Source of the DNA: Felis catus
Lineage: Eukaryota
Direction of reading: 5' to 3'
Length of the DNA: 64,000 bases
Assembly: GCF_018350175.1 (NCBI RefSeq)
Contig: NC_058368.1
Location: forward strand, 98,830,001 to 98,894,000
Positions within the stretch are counted from its first letter, which is position 1. Each line of letters begins with the position of its first letter. A program made the position numbers and the translations under genes. The notes beneath the pieces are model-generated. The model had not been told where the DNA came from and did not search any database. It was given only the letters and a program-made list of their open reading frames with translations. Below are positions 63,160 to 64,000 of the stretch, piece by piece.

Positions 63160-63480
63160 GGCTTTTTTATACTTGAAATAGACCTAGAGAATTGGGCAGA
63201 CCTTGGCAGGCAGTGAGAAAGAGCGAGAACACAGAATATCTGTGAATCAATTCCTTGTACAAAGTTGAGAAAACAGAGTGTGTGGGACTCTGGGAGGAAG
63301 CAGTAGAAGCACTGCCCAGACCAGAGGAAGATGCATACTGAAAAGTGATTAGGAACCAGGTTGGGTAAAGGGTCTGATGATAAGAATATGGTGATACTAC
63401 GAGTAAACCTGCAGAGCATGTTGTTATGTACATTGCAGATTCGGGGGCAAGACTAACGAGAAATGGAGACAGGAAGAGTA
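63160..63480 (-). mobile_element. L2 internal fragment
   Basis: Degenerate purine-rich L2-like sequence (gtgtgggactctgggaggaagcagtagaagc...). Confidence 0.4.
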
Positions 63481-64000
63481 TCATTTTAGAAAACGAAGTT
63501 TGTGTTGGATCACAAAAACCATAGTATATGCCAGTGCTGAAGAGTATGTGTATATATACATAGGACATTGGTAGTCTATTATATACTTGGAGCAGCTCAG
63601 TGCTATGCTCACAGCTGAGCTTTGAGAGGCAGGATTTTGTGGTATTCATAAATGTAATATCTAAAGACCCCCTGGCTTTAAATTCTTGATCAACCAACCT
63701 TTGTGATATTAGGCAAGGCCATTTTAAACTCTGTGTTTGCTGTTGTGAGCATTAATGAGATATTATACGTAAACAGGTACAATGTTTGGAACACGATAAA
63801 GTCTATATAAATATTATCTACTATTAAGCTAGCAGCAACATTTAAGTAAATAGATATGAATATATTTAATGAATAAAAAATCAGATCTGATAGTAGAGGC
63901 AAGAAAAGGTCAACATCTAAGATAATGACTTTGCGCTTGGAAATACTGTAGGTGGTAAAAGTAACATGATTGATAACTGAATTTTGCTCCAAATTGGTAA

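Noticed and set aside
63039..63992. ORFs of 126, 176 and 100 aa on the - strand
   Set aside because: No recognisable protein; they overlap SINE/L2-like and AT-rich DNA.
1..64000. CRISPR array, operon or other prokaryotic-type system
   Set aside because: The sequence is mammalian; the dispersed ~200-bp repeats are SINEs with TSDs at irregular spacing and in both orientations, with no repeat-spacer periodicity or associated genes.

Overview
Mammalian genomic DNA, almost certainly a felid: it carries about 37 carnivore tRNA-derived CanSINEs, one with the diagnostic bases of the young cat SINEC_Fc subfamily. The only supportable gene content is the terminal coding exon of PRR16 (Largen) on the + strand (splice acceptor at 8584/8585, stop at 9338-9340) and its 3' UTR. 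Positions 1-8584 are the end of the upstream intron, and about 10000-64000 is AT-rich, repeat-rich intergenic DNA (CanSINEs, old L1/L2/MIR fragments, MaLR/ERV LTRs, Tigger/hAT MITEs, microsatellites). Nearly all other ORFs in the track are SINE or low-complexity artefacts. I found no evidence of a novel multi-gene system. The best leads are: a GADD34-like PP1-docking motif in PRR16, an in-frame alternative splice acceptor, 3' UTR control elements, a candidate HOX/PBX/MEIS enhancer, a duplicated MLT1-L2 junction, a tandem-duplicated compound microsatellite and several nested or unusual retro-insertions. Repeat family names come from my recall of consensus sequences, not from a database search.
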